A stretch of DNA of 64,000 bases. It comes from Mobula hypostoma (taxonomy: Eukaryota). Shown one piece after another: positions 62,660-64,000 of this stretch. The stretch spans positions 177,880,001-177,944,000 of the forward strand of contig NC_086097.1 in assembly GCF_963921235.1 (NCBI RefSeq), read 5' to 3'. Under the pieces are notes generated by a model. The model was not told where the DNA came from, did not search any database, and saw only the letters and a program-made list of their open reading frames with translations. How positions within the stretch are numbered: position 1 is the stretch's first letter; each line of letters opens with the position of its first letter. Position numbers and translations under genes: made by a program.

Positions 62660-63350
62660 TATATGGGTTTCAATGCAATGGATTAATATATGAGGAGCAT
62701 ATGATGGTTCAGGGCCTGTACTCGCTGAGGTTTAGAATGAGGGAAGATCTCATTGAAAGCAATGGAATATTGAAAGACCAAGATAGAGTGGATAACAGTG
62801 GGGCCAGAGGGCACAGCTTCAGAGTAGGGGGATGTCCATTTAGAATAGTGATGAGGAGGAATTTCTTTTGCCAGAGGGTGGTGAATCTGTGGAATTCTTT
62901 GTCACAGATGGCTGCAGAGCTCAAGCCATTCCATATATTTAATGCAGAGATTGATAGATTCTTGATTAGTCAGGGCATCAAAGATTATGGGGGGAAAAGA
63001 CAATGGGGTTGAGAGGGGAAATAAACCAGCTATGGTGGAATGGTGAAGCAGACTCGATAGACTGAATGGCCCATTCCTGCTCCTATGTCTTATTGTGATG
63101 GACTTTGGATAGTCAAGCCAGTGTGGGACTTGTTCTGTGAATGGTAGGGCACTAGGGTATGCAATGGAACAGAGAGACCTAGAAGTACAAGTGCTTCACT
63201 CAGTGAGCAGTGTCTCAGGCAGATGGAGTAGCCTTTATCAGTAAGGGGATTGAGTGCATGAGTTGTGACACTATGAGGCAGTTGTACAAACTGTTGGTGA
63301 TGTTACACTTGGAGTACTGTGTACAGTTTTGGTCACCCTATTATAGAAAA
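62660..63350 (+). mobile_element. CR1 fragments
   Basis: ORF 62623-63012 MRRNFFCQRVVNLWNSL. Confidence 0.8.
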
Positions 63351-63489
63351 ATTCTCTTTGCAAGACCTTGAGTGTCTTCCTGAGTTAGCACCAATAAACC
63401 ATCTTTTCTGACCATCACAACACAATAGCTGAATGGCCTCCTGGGCATGAGTTTTCTATGTCTGTAAGCGTCCAGCTACTGTTACGGTA

Positions 63490-64000
63490 AATTGGTTTAT
63501 TATTGTCACTTACACTGAGGTACAATGAAATTTTGTTTAGCATACCATCCACACAGATATTTCATCATGTCAGTACATCAAGGTTATAAGGGTAAATTAA
63601 AACAAAATGCGGTATAAAGTATTATAATTACAGAGGAAGTGCAGTGCAGGCAGTCAGAAAGGTGCAAGGCCATTCAGTATTCTCCTAACAGTAGGATGGA
63701 AGCTGTCCTTGAGCCTGGTGGTATCTGCTTTCAGGCTTTTGTATTTTTTGTCTTATGGGATGAGAGAAGAGTGAATGTCGGGATGGGAGGGGGATCTTTG
63801 ATTATGTTGGTTGCTTTACTGAGGCAGCAAGAAGTGTAGTCCATGGAGTGAAGGCTGGTTTCCGTGATATGCTGAGCCGTGTCCACAACTCTGTTTGTTG
63901 AATCACAGGCAGAGCAGTTGGCACACCAAGCTGTGATGCATCGGGATAGGATGCTGTCTGTGAAATTGGCGAGGGGATGTCATTAATGTCATGTGACCCT
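63490..64000 (-). mobile_element. Rex1-type 3' fragment
   Basis: aattggtttattattgtcac tail, as at 23930 and in the reverse complement of 21620-22085. Confidence 0.7.

Overview
Repeat-dominated vertebrate genomic DNA. The mix of CR1, Rex1/Babar, L2 and RTE LINEs, Penelope-like elements (PLEs) and V-type SINEs points to a cartilaginous fish, probably a ray or skate (inference). Roughly the first 53 kb is nested transposon debris. It includes a long CR1 with three younger insertions, several PLEs carrying minimal hammerhead-ribozyme motifs, short hairpin-shaped PLE derivatives with 11-13 bp target-site duplications (TSDs), a Tigger/pogo deletion derivative (TA TSD), a hAT deletion derivative (8-bp TSD) and a bipartite RTE-derived retroposon. 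The only host gene I recognise starts in a CpG island at about 54 kb. Two + strand coding exons (54241-54770, 56247-57087; 457 aa) encode the Crypton tyrosine-recombinase-derived DUF3504 N-terminus of the long KCTD1 isoform or a paralogue; the BTB exons appear to lie beyond the window. The most striking observation is the intron splitting this domain. It is bounded by a perfect 10-bp direct repeat (ATCACCAGGT) that supplies both the GT donor and the AG acceptor, the expected footprint of intron gain by insertion with target duplication. Repeat coordinates are approximate unless a TSD is quoted. Comparisons to human proteins and named repeat families are from memory, not from searches.
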